From Eledone cirrhosa (taxonomy: Eukaryota), in contig OZ024740.1 of assembly GCA_964016885.1 (NCBI GenBank), positions 303,676,001 to 303,740,000 on the forward strand: a DNA stretch of 64,000 nucleotides, read 5' to 3'. Of the stretch, positions 12,990 to 26,267 are shown piece by piece. Below the pieces are notes generated by a model that saw nothing but the letters and a program-made list of their open reading frames with translations, did not search any database and had not been told where the DNA came from. Both the position numbers and the translations under genes were made by a program. Every line of letters begins with the position of its first letter. Position 1 is the first letter of the stretch.

Positions 12990-13533
12990 GGTATGTCATG
13001 ATATGGTAATGGTCCGTAATTTCTGATGGAGCCGTAGAGATAGACTCGTAGAGATTGATATACAGCGTTTCTAGGGCATTTAAGCCTGGCAGAGCCCATC
13101 TTTCTCCAAATCTGAGTACAGCAGATTTCTTCCAGAGAAGAATAGAAAGTGAGAGAAAGGAAGTGAAAAAGAGATATAGAGGAAGAATCGACCCCAGTAC
13201 TAGACTGGTACTTTTTAGTAGACCTCGAAAGGAGGAAAGGCAAAGTTGACTGCGGTGGAATTTGAACAGATATAACAAAGCACTCTATCCAACGTTCTAA
13301 CAACTCTACCAATTCGCCGCCAATTCTCACGCACAGCAGATGCTCTAATTCATTGGCAGTATCGGTAGAGGGTCGGACGCCATACTTTCCAGCATAGTTA
13401 CGTCCCTTTACGGTCTGAGTTCAAATCCCGTTGAGGTTAACTTTGCCTTTCATCCTTACGGGGTCGATAAAGTAAAGTACCAGTAATGTACTGAGTAATT
13501 GCTGGCCTTGTGTCAAAAGTAGAAACAATTATT
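12990..13533. mobile_element. Head-to-head pair of tRNA-derived SINEs with Meta/MESC-like central domain (- copy to 13321, + copy from ~13350)
   Basis: Motif gcctttcatccttacggggtcgataaa..aagtacc on +, and its complement on -; A and B boxes present. Confidence 0.75.
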
Positions 13534-14009
13534 TATTCATTTAGTTTAATGTCAAAGGGAGACAACTCTATTCTCTAACTATTATAACATCAAATAGATA
13601 TTAATCATTTATTTTTGTTCATTTATTCAGTTAATGCGAAAATTATACTTGAATTCTCCTCCCCTTATCTCTCTCTATATGTGTGCGTGCGTGTGTATGT
13701 GTATTCATCATCAGCATTATAATTTAACGTCGGTTTTCCCTGCTAGCAAGGGTTAGATAGGTCATTACAGTCAGAGTCATTACTCAAACAGAGCTACTGA
13801 CATCTCAGATTGTTCAGAGACCAGCAATTTATTTACATTATCTTCTTCTTCGTTTAACGCTAGCATGGGTTAGACTCCCATATATATATAATTTAACATA
13901 CGGCGTTGTTTGACACAACAAGTGGTTTCCTTAGTTAGGTAGCAAATTTGCGAGAATTCTCATGTAGGTTATTCTTGAAGTAATAATAGTGAAAGAGTGA
14001 AGAATAACA

Positions 14010-14122
14010 AGTATTCCGATGATTTGATCAGAGACACAAACTGTATTTAAGGTCGAGTGACGCAACTTCGAGTGATCAGCAGTTTTTAGACTCACCTGAT
14101 CAATGAAACAATTGTTAATACT
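14010..14122 (+). ncRNA. Type-I minimal hammerhead motif, core mutated (CCGATGA)
   Basis: Stem I agtatt/aatact; stem II ttgatcag/ctgatcaa; GAAA followed by palindromic CAATTG and TT. Confidence 0.55.
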
Positions 14123-14240
14123 CTAAATAAAACCCTTTTTGTACAGCCGACCATGTTATTCTTAACTCTTTCACTATCATTACTCCAAGAATAACTTATA
14201 TATATATATAGGTTATTCTTGGAGTAATAATAGTGAAAGA

Positions 14241-14282
<42 letters not shown>

Positions 14283-14360
14283 TTACCATTACACCAACAC
14301 ATCACCCATCTCCTTCCATTCAAATTAGAAGCTACATTTATAGGAAGGATAATGATAAGT

Positions 14361-14599
14361 AAGTTTGTTTTGAAACAGCAAGTTTGAAATTAGAAATAGA
14401 AGCTTTCACCGTATTTTTGACGAAAGAAATTTTAACCCGATAGTGGGGTTTAGAACCCTCTAAGAAATGGAAAAAGATCAGTATTGACAAAAGATACTCA
14501 TCTTTTTCCATTTCTTAGAGGGTACTAAACCCCACTATAAAAATACGGTGAAAGCTTCTATTTCTAATTTCAAACTCGCTCGGTTTTTCAAAACAAACT

Positions 14600-14600
<1 letters not shown>
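14361..14600. repeat. Fold-back made of two inverted SINE bodies (family of 17701-17895)
   Basis: aagtttgttttgaaa...cttctaagaaatggaaaaagat is mirrored by atctttttccatttcttagag...ttcaaaacaaactt. Confidence 0.8.
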
Positions 14601-14632
<32 letters not shown>

Positions 14633-15380
14633 ACATCTTGACAAATGCTGCAACCAAGACATTGAGGTCATCATAAAGTCGACTGAAAGGAATATGGGAA
14701 ATTTAAGGATTAAGGAAAACATTTTCATTAGTTGAATAAAACCAGAGCTAAATAATAGGTTAGAAATGTACAAAGCAGAATTGTTACTGTAGCAACACCA
14801 TGCATGTGCATGTATTTTGCAAACACATAGACCAGTTAGGGAAGAAAACTCTGAAGACTCCGATCATTGGTTTGTTTTGTCTTGGACTGTTTCAGCTTCG
14901 CAATTGAATACTAAAATACACTGGGTAAAACATTACTTTGTTTTGTTTTGTTTCATGTCATCATTTTCCCTTTGTATGCATTGTACCTGCTTTTAAAAAA
15001 AATTATCCGTTTTTTTCTACATATCACACAATGCTTCATATTAACTACACCATTTTACTTTTTTTCATTTTAATATATTCATTTATTTATCTCCTCATCT
15101 TCAAACCTATAAAAAAACTTTTTTATATTTGATTACAATTTTTCTTTCTTTCTATTCTTCCCTGCATTGATCTACATCTTCTTTACCCAAATTTGGTACC
15201 TAAGACTTGGTAATAAGCCAACCAAGCCACTACCCAACAACTGACTACCATCCTTCCTAACCAAACCCCCATCTGATGACAGGCATATATAACTAAAAAA
15301 TTTATTTTGCTCTAGCACTCATAAACAATTTCTTAGGAAAGGAAACAGAACTATTCCTGTAAGAGTCATTAATTAAATAA

Positions 15381-16330
15381 TCATAAACATAACCACTCTA
15401 CTTCATGTATTATAGGAGGGTTGGAATAAGTGGGGGTGGAATAAGCAGGTCTTGTCAGAAATAACTCTTTCCAACTGATCTGGCTGGATTCCCAAGCAAG
15501 ACCAACCAAGCTCATGGATGTTATCCAACCATCTTGCTCGGGGTCTACCCCTGGGTCTCCTTTCGGTTGATTTTGCCCATAAAATCTGTCCAGCAATTCT
15601 TTCCTGAGACATTCTAACCACATGCCCATAGTACCAGAGCTGTAATCTCTCAATTTGGAGAAGTAGCAGCTCTACCTGGAGTGACTCTCTGATCTCCAAG
15701 CTACATACTATCAAGTAATGTTACTCCAAAAACCCTTTGGAGGAACCCCATTTTGGAAATGGAAAAGTATCAAACAAAATCCCTTATGATATTTAATTAC
15801 ATCCTATTATATTTTGAGTTCAAACCCCACCAAAGTTAACTTTGACTTTCATTCTTCTGGGATTGATAAACTAGTACCAGTAAGATACTGAATTTGAGTT
15901 CATCAATTCTATCCTCTCAAAAGATATATTGTCTTGTGCTGCCTTCTTCTTCTTATAAAGTGGGAAGCATTGGTGGGTAAAGAAGTGAGGATTTTATTGC
16001 ATCCAAACTCAGAGAACTCCCTGAGCAAGCTGAGGATGTTGAAATGAAGTGGCGATTATTCAACTCAACAATTTCTGCTTCAGCTGTTAAATGCTGCGGG
16101 CGAAAGAGGCTTGGAGTGGTGTCCCTTGGTTCAATCAAGGGATCAAAGAAGGAGTCCTATATAGCTTGGTTTGGTAATAAATCCTCTTTCTTACACTTGT
16201 GGTACAAGCAGGCATGAAGAATCGCAGCAGAGACAGTAAAGGCATCCAAAATTAAATCATGGAAGGACTTTGGGGTTAAGCTGGAATCCGAATTCAAATC
16301 AGCAAATAAAGTGTTCAAACAGACCATCAA
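15381..16330. mobile_element. RTE-clade fragments of a second family (C-terminal piece on -, 15381-15755; mid-ORF piece on +, ~15960-16330)
   Basis: WYYGHVVRMSQERIAGQIL...RPRGRPRARWLDNI on the minus strand. Confidence 0.7.
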
Positions 16331-17355
16331 TAAGAAGTCTGCCTCCTGTCTTGTGCCTTTGTAAAAAAAAATCATTATTTAAAATAAACACATATATATC
16401 TAGTATTATGTTCAGAACTGCTATCAAATCTCTAATCCCTCACCTTGTGAATTCATATAAGTCTATTTACATAAATGATGTTTTCCCGATTAATTATCGG
16501 TTATTGATAATATTGAATATGGTCATGTTTATGGGAATATATAGATTATGAATACACACACATTCGTTTTGTTTGATCTTTATGTAGTACAGAAGCATGG
16601 AAAAAAATCAATACATTCTTATAAGGATGGCCTTATGTATGTGTGATAACTTGAATTACAAATCCTACTTATACCTCATAATACATACATACATATACAT
16701 ACTTACGTACATACATATATGTAATAACTGCATATACACTTACATAGATACAAAGCATATACATGTGGCACACATATAATTCAAAGCATACAGATCCACA
16801 CATACAATAACATCCATACCTGCCCCCACACACACACACACACGCTTGCATACAGTCATGCACACATATCTACCTAGTTGATGTCTAAATTCCAATGAGA
16901 GAGTCTTGTGTCTATGGTAGAAACTGACATTCTCTCTCTCTATTTGTAAAAATTTATAAAATAATAAAACCAGAAAAACATACATACATATATGTGTGTG
17001 TAAATTATAATATATATAAAAACGATGATGATGATGAGGAGGAGGCTGAGATACAAAGAGGTGATGTTTAAATATCAACAAATGCTGATTGGGTAAAATG
17101 GAATATAAGGATCTTTGTAGTGGAGAATCCTTCAAAACCTCCATGCTTCACAAAATTCGCAAACATTACACCTGATATTCCGCCTCCATACACACGCACG
17201 CATGTGTCTGTGTGTATATCATGACTCATACAATGTTCACTTTCCTGACATTTGTACATTATTTTATGTACTATACATGCACCTTTGATGAGTTGTAGTG
17301 CACCTGAGTACTGTACACAATAATTTCATTATATTATATTATAACCATTACATAA

Positions 17356-17548
17356 TGGTGGTGAATTGGCAGTATCGGTAGAGGGTCGAACCCCATGCTT
17401 TGACGCATAGAGTTACCGCCCTTGCCATTCTGAGTTCAAATCCCGCCGAGGTAACTTTGCCTTTCATCCTTACGGGGTCGATAAAATAAAGTACCAGTAA
17501 TGTACTGGGTAATTGCTGGCTTTGTGCCAATAGTAGAAACAATTATAT
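17356..17548 (+). mobile_element. Meta/MESC-like tRNA SINE
   Basis: Full-length copy from tggcagtatcggtag to gaaacaattat. Confidence 0.8.
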
Positions 17549-17700
17549 TATAACCATTATTTGAGAAATAGAGGAAGACAGTTAGTATAAGGAAGATAGA
17601 GCATTGTAAAGCAATATATATATATAATTATGAAAAATATGAAAATTTATGAAAAACATGTATATGTGTGTGTGCAATAATATAAAAACGTTAAATTTAC

Positions 17701-17895
17701 AAGTATGTTTTGAAACAGCAAGCGAGTTTGAAATTAGAAATAGAAGCTTTCGCTGTATTTTTGACCAAAGAAACTTTAGCTTGATAGTGGGGTTTAGAAC
17801 CCTCTAAGAAATGGAAAAAGATGAGTATTGATGTACATGGGAGTTGAACCCACATCTTTGGTTATTCAGACCACTGTGCTACCATTACACCAATA
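17701..17895 (-). mobile_element. SINE with tRNA-Gln-like head (third family)
   Basis: Minus strand tggtgtaatggtagcac...gggttcaactccc. The body recurs at 14361-14600 and 38956-39090. Confidence 0.7.
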
Positions 17896-18114
17896 CAAAA
17901 GTTTTTCACTAAAATTTGAACAAAATCTGCCCTTACATATGAGGAAACATGTTTTAAAATTGATTATTTGATTTTAAACACCATCAAAGTTATTTCTTTT
18001 AAAAAAAAAATATGTTTGTAAAAGATGGCTATAATTTTTTACAGATAATTCACCCTTCACCCACGTCCCTAGATCTACCTCCCCAATCCCCATGCACCTC
18101 TCGCACCCAGGTCT

Positions 18115-18590
18115 CCAGTCCACACTGTAAAGTGGTCATGTAGGTGCCATGACAAAAAACACACAGCCTACACTGTAATGTGGTCATGTAGGTGTCACAG
18201 CAATAAGGGCCCAGCCTTCACTGTAAAGTGGTCATGTTGGTGACATGATAAAAATCACTAAGTCCTAACTTTAAAGTGATTGTGTAGGTGTCATGACAAA
18301 AAGCACCCAGCCCACACTGTAAAGTTGTTGTGTAGATGTCATGACAAAAATGCCAAGCCCTCACTGTAAGGTTGTCATGTAGGTGTCATGACAAAAAGCA
18401 CCCAGTACACACAGTAAATGTTGTTGGCATTAGGAAAGGCATCCAGCTGTAGAAACCAAGCCAGAATAAGTTCTGTATGAACAAAACACAGTGACCTGAT
18501 CTAACTTGTCTCGCAACAGGAAAACCTGTCTAACCCATGCTAGTGTGGAAAAATAGACATTAAATGGTGATGAGGAGGAGTATGATGAAT
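18115..18590 (+). mobile_element. RTE 3'UTR derivative with tandem ~48-bp units
   Basis: Repeats of ccacactgtaaagtggtcatgtaggtgtcatgacaaaaagcacccag, then the RTE terminal motif and a (TGA)n-like tail. Confidence 0.75.
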
Positions 18591-18599
18591 TAACTTACT

Positions 18600-18915
18600 G
18601 ATATAGCAATTAAAAGGCTCTTAACTCATGATAGCGTCAAAAGGATGCTGTTTGGACACAGCATTTCTTGGAAATTTTAAGCCAGGTGGAGCCCATCCTT
18701 CTCCAAGTCTGAACATATATTTCTTCCAGAAAGGAAAGAAAGTAAGATAGAAGAATAATCGACTCCAGTATTGAACTGGTACTTATTTATCGACTTCAAA
18801 AGGATGAAAAACAAAGTTAACCTCCATGGAATTTGAACTCAGAGTTCAGTGAGTCAGATCAAATACCATGGTATTGACTCAAATGCACTAATGACTCTGC
18901 CAATTCACTGCCTTT
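18600..18915 (-). mobile_element. Long-tailed Meta-like SINE
   Basis: Similar to 12990-13321. Confidence 0.6.
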
Positions 18916-19916
18916 GATATGTAATTAAGTAAATGATATATCACTACTGACAGTAAACAGTAAAGCAATAGTAAATATTCATTTATCTAATTCCCTAGTA
19001 AGATACATAAAGTCAATTGCTTCACTTTTCTTAATTATAATTATTCACCAAAAAATAATCAATCCTGTTGAACTCAAGAAGTGAAATGGAAGTTGTGGCA
19101 TTTATGCCTTTTTGATAAAATTATTAACTGGGCCAATAATATGGCAATTGGACCCAACCAGAAACTGAACCCAGCTTGCAGTTTTAATTTTCAATTATGA
19201 ATTGCTAAAGCTGCTACCCAATAAAACTTCAGCTTGAATTTCAAATTATAATTGTTGTTGCTAGGCAGTATGATGTCTGGCATAGCTACAGTTAGTGCAA
19301 TTGATGGCTTGTTTGTCTTGCCTGTCTAATGGAAATTATAAAACAAACAGTACCAGAACCATAAAAATAGACTGACAATTTAACTGAACATCATGTGTAT
19401 GAAAAGGTTAGTGCATAAACCAATGAGATGAGAGATGTAATTACTTATTACAAGATGACAGTTAGAATAACAAGTTGATATGGAGAAGAAGCAGTCAATC
19501 ATAGCTACTTGATTGGAACAGTGGCTGAACTACCTATCAAAGAATTAGTAGTTTATATATAAGCTGCTATTGGTACTTCACTACCACTAATCTAATCCAT
19601 CTGACCCTAGAGGGAGGCAAATAGCCAACATAAGCAGAAAGATCATTGGTGTACTATTAATCCTTTAACCATATCCAACCAGAATTCTCTCACCTTTCTC
19701 TTCAAACCAGCTATAACCAGCTGCTCATACCAATGTTAAGGCATTGTTCTCAAAATAAATAACAACATCATCAAAATCTCGTAGATTCGAGATTATGTGA
19801 GATAAAGCCTTTACCATGAAAATACAATAGTAAATATAGAGTAATGTAAATAGTAATGGGTTATGTTTTTTCAGTAGCTAGCAGTGCTGAGTCCCTATAT
19901 GGCCTTGGAGCATTAT

Positions 19917-20100
19917 TGATTGGCAGTATCAGTAGAGGGTCGGACGCCATGCTTTCCAGCATAGTTACGTCCCTTTACGATCTGAGTTCAAATCCCGCCG
20001 AGGTTGACTTTGCCTTTCATCCTTACGGGGTCGATAAAATAAAGTACCAGTAATGCACTGGGTAATTGCTGACCTTGTGCCTAAAGTAGAGACAATTATT
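19917..20100 (+). mobile_element. Meta/MESC-like tRNA SINE
   Basis: Same consensus as 17356-17548. Confidence 0.8.
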
Positions 20101-20184
20101 GAAGCATTTGCATTGTGAACTTTGTTTTAACTAATTTCATTACCCCTGTGCCAAAACAAGTCGACTTAGTTATGAATTAATAAA

Positions 20185-20770
20185 TTCATGACAAAAAGCA
20201 CCCAGCCCACACTGTAAAGTAGTCATTATGGTGCCACAATAAAAGGCATCCAGTCTACACTGTAAAGTGGTCATGTAGGTGTCATGACAAAAAGCACCCA
20301 GCCCACACTGTAAAGTAATTGTGTGGGTGTCACAGCAAAAAGCACCCAGCCCACTCTGTAAAGAGGTCGTTTTGGTGCCATGATAAAAGGCACCCAGCCC
20401 ACACTGTAAAATGGTCATGAAGGTGTCATGACAAAAAGCACCCAGCCCATACTGTAAAGTGATCGTTACAGTGCCACAATAAAAGGCAACCAGCCCACAC
20501 TGTAAAGTGGTCATGTAGGTGTCACAACAAAAAGTACCCAGTACACACTGTAAAGTGGTCATGTAGGTACCATGTCAAACGATACCCAGTCCACACTGTA
20601 AATGTAGTTGGCATTAGGAAGGGCACCCAGCCATAGAAACCAGGCCAGAAACAGTTCTGTATGAGCAAGACATGGTTACCTGACCTGACTTGACTCAAAT
20701 GGGAAACCCATTTAACCCATGCTAACATGGAAAATAGACATTAAATAATGATGATGATGATGATGATGAA
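20185..20770 (+). mobile_element. RTE 3'UTR derivative with ~8 tandem 48-bp units and (TGA)n tail
   Basis: Same unit as 18115-18590; the repetitive ORF 20170-20562 is its antisense reading. Confidence 0.8.
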
Positions 20771-21097
20771 GATGTGAAAGATAGGGCAGAGTTGTGGAAG
20801 GGATCTTATAGACAGTTTCTGATATCTGGGTGACTATAACTTAATGTTTGGGGTAGTTGTTAGTGAAAACATATCAACTATAGTAAAGAAGAAGTGGAAG
20901 TTCAGGAAGATGTTACTTCTGTTTGTAAACAAATTGACTCTTTCTCCATAGAAAAGGTAGATTGAATGAATCATGTGCATGGAATGTGGTGATGTGTGGT
21001 AATGAATTGTGGATGTTGAGTGTGGAAGGTCTGTGAAGTAGTAAGAGTATAAAATAAGTTGACAATGTCAAGTTATAAACACAAGATACAATAATTA

Positions 21098-21458
21098 CTC
21101 TGGTGTCTCAAATAATTGTCCTCCACCACTGCTGATCAATTTTTCAGATTTTTCCTATCACCTCCACTTTGTTAAATTTTGCTAATCTATCTCTGGCAAA
21201 ATTTTATTTTAAGTGGTAGCATTCTTGTGACAATTTTCTTTAGACACTAAAAAACATTATACATGACAAAAAAAAGAACATTACTAGAAATCTCATGTTA
21301 TAAAATAAATAGGATAGGTTGGGGTCTCAATATGTAAACTAGATGACTAATTCTGGTTTTTAAAAAAAATCAAGAGACAACCTAGAAAAATTACTGATTT
21401 TACAACCCTCCCACCCCAGCTTATTCCACCTCACCCCCTATTATTTGGCACCCAAGAG
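21098..21458. mobile_element. TA-flanked MITE (Tc1/mariner-type ends)
   Basis: ta|CTCTGGTGTCTCAAATAAT...ATTATTTGGCACCCAAGAG|ta. An inverted paralog lies at 33576-33961. Confidence 0.75.
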
Positions 21459-21899
21459 TACATTGATATTATACTGTATACTGTTTACTTGAACCATTAA
21501 CTCTTATAATATACTATTGATCTTAGACAAGTCACATAACTCTACTTACCTTAATAAGCTGGAAATAGGTATCTCTCCTTTGTGTGTGCATGTGTGTGTG
21601 TGTGTGTGATTTGAATGGTTAAAATTAGTAAAAAGCATCTAATTGTAAAAAAATAAACAACTGCTCCAACAATTTATGTACAAGTGAGAATTGTCAGACA
21701 TATACAACCTTCTGGATGTAATGTTAAAGTAAAAAAAATATGTTGGTGAGTTGGTGATGATGTTTTAGATATGTTTCTTTCTTTTGTCACTTTGGTGTGT
21801 CATCTTGAGTATTATTTGTTCTTCTTCGCCCACTTATTCTTGAGAGGGTTATAGTAGCAGAGTCCTCAAAAACTCCTTCCAGCAAGTCCTGTCAGAAAC

Positions 21900-22210
21900 A
21901 ACCGTCAAGGGAGACCAGCCAATTCCAACTGATCCGGCGAGATCCCTAAGCGTGACCAGCCAGGCACATGGATGTTATCCAACCATCTTGTTCAGGGTGT
22001 ACCCCTGAATCTCTGCCAGTTGATTTTGCCCATAAAATCTGTCCAGCAATTCTTTCCTGAGACATTCTAACCACATGTTCATAATACCAGATCTGTGATC
22101 CCTCAATTCGGAGAAATAGCGACTCTACCTGGAGTGACTCTCTGATCTCCAAGCTACACACTCTATCAAGTAACGTTACTCCAAAGACCCTTCAGAGGAA
22201 CCCCATTTTG
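21900..22210 (-). mobile_element. RTE C-terminal fragment, same family as 15381-15755
   Basis: WYYEHVVRMSQERIAGQILWAKS. Confidence 0.75.
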
Positions 22211-22597
22211 TCCGTATTATTTAATAAGGAAAATTAAATGAATTTTGTAGTTAATTGAATACTGATAATGTTGTCAAACTGAAGATCCAAGCTAAGATTG
22301 GACAAACTCCCCATGGTAACAATAAAATGACATCAAAAGAAAACTAATGGAAGCACATTTAGAAAAATACAGATCTTCCAGTAAAAGCTGGCCTTGTGCC
22401 TTAATTAGAAATCAATATTTCATCGTCAAATAATTTTCCAGTCCTCTCACCTTTTACGTTACTGTACACACCATTTTCTTTAATAAGAAGCAAGTAGATT
22501 ATTTGCAATCTTTAATATTTTTAGTCTGTTTTTTTTTTATTATTGTGCTTACTTTCTTTGTTCCCTTGCAAATATTTTTTTCTGCTGCTGCTACTGC

Positions 22598-22629
<32 letters not shown>

Positions 22630-24507
22630 GTGGTGGTGGTGATGGTGATGATGATGGTTGTAGCATTAGTCAATGCCATCATCATCATTGGGCTGTTGTT
22701 GTTATTGTTGTTGTTGCTTGTGGTGGTGGTGGTGTGGTGTGGGATGATGGTGGTGGTAGTGGTATTAGTCATTGTCATCGTCATCATCATCAGGCTATTG
22801 TTGTTATTGTTGTTGGTGGTGGTGGTGGTGGTACTATTAGTGTTCATTATTGTCATCATCATCAGGCTCTTGTTGTTTAGCTCCAACTCAGCCCTAATCA
22901 AGCAGCCATCTTTTATTTAGACATTAGTGATTCCTGGACTACATCTTCAATATGTACTTCCATTTTATTGTCTTTTCTTTTGTGTTTTTTTAACATAGAG
23001 TTTTATTTAAGTGTCATTTGACTGCTATTTCTAACAGCTTGAGCGACCATATTGAAGTTCCCTTCACTGGTTCAGTGAAATTGTTGTTTGTTGTTGTTAG
23101 TGGTGGTGTTGGTGGCATTATTGACATTATTAGTCCCTTAATATTTTATCATGTAATTAATGTATATTGTTTAATATACCTTATCAGTGAATTTAGTTTC
23201 ATAGAATTAGTTCTGATCAATAAGTATGTATTAGTTTTGTGTTTTGTATTGACTGTTTTATGTGAGATGAGGCAATGCTTTTGTTGTTGTTTTTAATGTT
23301 TGTAGCTTGAAATTTCAAATTTATTTTTAAAAAGGCGCCAAAATACATTATCAAAGCTTTGATCATATATTTTGGTGCATTGTATTTGTGAGGTTCCTAG
23401 CAATATTTAATTGTATTTATTATATGTGTTTATATTTGTGTTCATATTTTCATTCTGAAAGAATTGTGAACAATTTGTAATGTTATTTATACAACTGTGA
23501 ATAAAATGTTTGTTTTTTTTTCATTTATTAAAAACTAGGATCTTTTCAACAATTAAATTTTGAAGAGAGGATTAAAATTAAAAAAAATAATGAACGTTTT
23601 TAACCAAAATTTAAAATTATAATTTAAAATAAAAAAAGGTAATTAAAGAAAAGTTAAATTTAAATTGATATAAAAATGATTTATTTTTATTTGATTTTAA
23701 TTAAAGTAAAACTTTTGATTTCCTTTTATGAAAATATCACAATGTTATCGATTTGGTATTTTATACAAAATAAAATATAGAAAAAATACCCAAATAGAAT
23801 AGATGAGAATATCTAATTTAAGTTCACAAATTTACCATTTACTAACAACAAAGAATATTACCAGAATTTATATTAACTTCACTGTTGTAGGTCAGACTGT
23901 TGGTGTTGTGGTTGTTGTTGATATGTCTTTTGTTGTTATTAATGTTATTCTTGTTGATGTAATTGTTGTTGCTGATGTGGTTGTAGTTGCTATTGTTGAT
24001 ATGTTTGTTGTTGTTGATATAGTTGTAGTTGTTGTTATTGGTGATCTGATTCTTGTTGTAGTTACTGTTGTTGATATGATTGTTGTTGTTGTTATTGGTG
24101 ATGTGATTCTGGTTGGTGTTGTTGGAGTTGTTGTTGGTGGTGGTGTTGGTGGTGGTGTTGGTGATACTTGCAATGATGTCAATGGTGGTAGTTTAATGGT
24201 GGGAGTATAGTGGTGACATTGCTGGTGGTGGCAGTGATGAAAACGGGAATAGTGATGGTCAAGATGGTTTGTGGTTGTTGTGATTGTTGTTGATGCTATT
24301 GTTGTTGTTGACGGTATTATTATTGTTGTTGTTGGTGGTGGTGGTGATAAAAGTTTGAAATATTTTTGTTATTGTTTTGTTGCTATCATTAATGTTATTG
24401 TTATTGTTTTGTTGTTGTCGTTATTGTTATTGCTGTTGTTTGTATTTACTGGGGGGGGGGGGGGAGTAAATCCTCACGTCCCATCCATTCACTCTTTCAC
24501 ATAAACT

Positions 24508-24995
24508 TCAGTACATATCATCTTCATACTGTGAATGGAGCTGAAAGTGTGCTCTGTTTTGGCAGAAACGGTGTACAGACAAGAGAAGTGCTGCAATTAA
24601 CAAGCATGCAATCACTGCACCAACTGCAATCAAACACTTGCCAACTCGGAAGCCTGTTCTTATGAAAAATATTTCTGTGTTGTTGGCCTCTAAGCTAGTG
24701 TTCACTACCAGAGTTACATTCATACAGGGCACCCACGTACATTGGATTACATAGGACAGGGTTTTGGCTTCGTTCACTCCACCAGGTACTTTAAGATCTT
24801 GTGAAACGGGAGCTACAAAAGGGATAAAAGTAGGATCTGAGATTGCAGCTTCTTCACAGATACACATTCGGCATGTTTCAATTTCAGTAATCAAGGGTTC
24901 CGTTGTGTACGTCTCATTATATAAGGAACAATTTTTCTGACCTTGATCCCTATACTGTAAGCTTCCATTGTTAATGTTAAGGCTAGAAACTTTTC

Positions 24996-25034
<39 letters not shown>

Positions 25035-25341
25035 GATCATTATTTTCAATATAACTATCATTATTATTATTATTAGTGGGTTTATCATAAACATTATCAT
25101 CAGTTTGTTCATGGTCTTTACTTTTTTGTTGAGCATCTCTGGTGGATCTCTTCAGCCGTAGTGCTGACCATGGGGTGGACAACAACACTAACATTGTCTG
25201 ACTGATTGGTTTTGGGGTCAAGAGAGACTGGCTAGTTTCTTGACTGCTTACTCTGTTGCCAATAAGAGGGGTCGGTTTTAAGGAATGATTTATGACATGT
25301 CCAAAGAAAAGTTGAGACACACAAAACAACAATAAGTCCAT
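24508..25341 (-). CDS. Intronless nested ORF, 277 aa, predicted single-pass type-I membrane glycoprotein with a VWC-like Cys motif
   Basis: Hydrophobic N-terminus MDLLLFCVSQLFFG; furin-type RLKR; Asn run; motif C..CRMCIC..CTWVPC; sequons NGS, NCS, NET, NVT, NTS, NNT; TM segment LIAVGAVIACLLIAALLLSV; short tail ending YEDDMY. Confidence 0.72.
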
Positions 25342-25841
25342 TTTATTGTTGTTGTTGTTGTTGTATATGTGTGTTTCAATATTTGTATGTTTCAATCTTC
25401 CCAGCCTATGTTATCTTTTTAATATACATTGTTGCAGTATTTATATTTATGTGTGTGTATATGTATTATAGGTATCTGCATATATATACTATATATTATA
25501 TAAACAAAGTTATCTCAAATATCGAGTTTGAAACACAAGTGTATTAGAATTTGTATATATATTATATGTTCTATGTGCATTTGTCTATCTATATATGTAA
25601 ATCCTATATATATAGAGAGAGGGGGTATGTGTTAAGTGTTGTGTAGAATATGTATATACTATTTACAAAATGTTTAATGTATGTGTTATAAGCACCTATT
25701 GTGTATAAATAATATATATCATCTGCATAATTTTGCTTTAGAGTTAAGTGTGTAAATGATAAATACCCTGCAAGTGTGTATATTCTTATGTCTGTTATAT
25801 AGCCAATATACTCTATAAATTTCAAACTATTTCAGTTGGGC

Positions 25842-25874
<33 letters not shown>

Positions 25875-25954
25875 TTTCTCATGTGCTATCCATGTGTATG
25901 TATTTCCATCTTCACCAGGTATTTACATATGTTTTATACCATGTCTTAGATGGA

Positions 25955-25959
25955 TAAAC

Positions 25960-26049
<90 letters not shown>

Positions 26050-26067
26050 ACAGATAGATAGATAGAG

Positions 26068-26120
<53 letters not shown>
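25955..26120. repeat. (GATA)n microsatellite with no LINE insertion
   Basis: About 40 units with a few interruptions. Confidence 0.95.
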
Positions 26121-26121
<1 letters not shown>

Positions 26122-26225
26122 GATGTGTATATTATCTGCCTTTGTGAATATGTAAGCATATATCAACATATATATGTGTGTCCGTTCTGTAAACTCATCT
26201 CCATATACATATAGTATATGTACAC

Positions 26226-26267
<42 letters not shown>

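Noticed and set aside
17834-17895. tRNA gene
   Set aside because: The cloverleaf is incomplete and attached to a multi-copy body, so it is a SINE head. The same applies to the other A/B-box hits.
22503-24504. Val-, Thr- or Leu-rich ORFs that look mucin-like or membrane-like
   Set aside because: They are degenerate (GTT/GGT/GAT)n low-complexity tracts open in several frames, with no splice or domain support.
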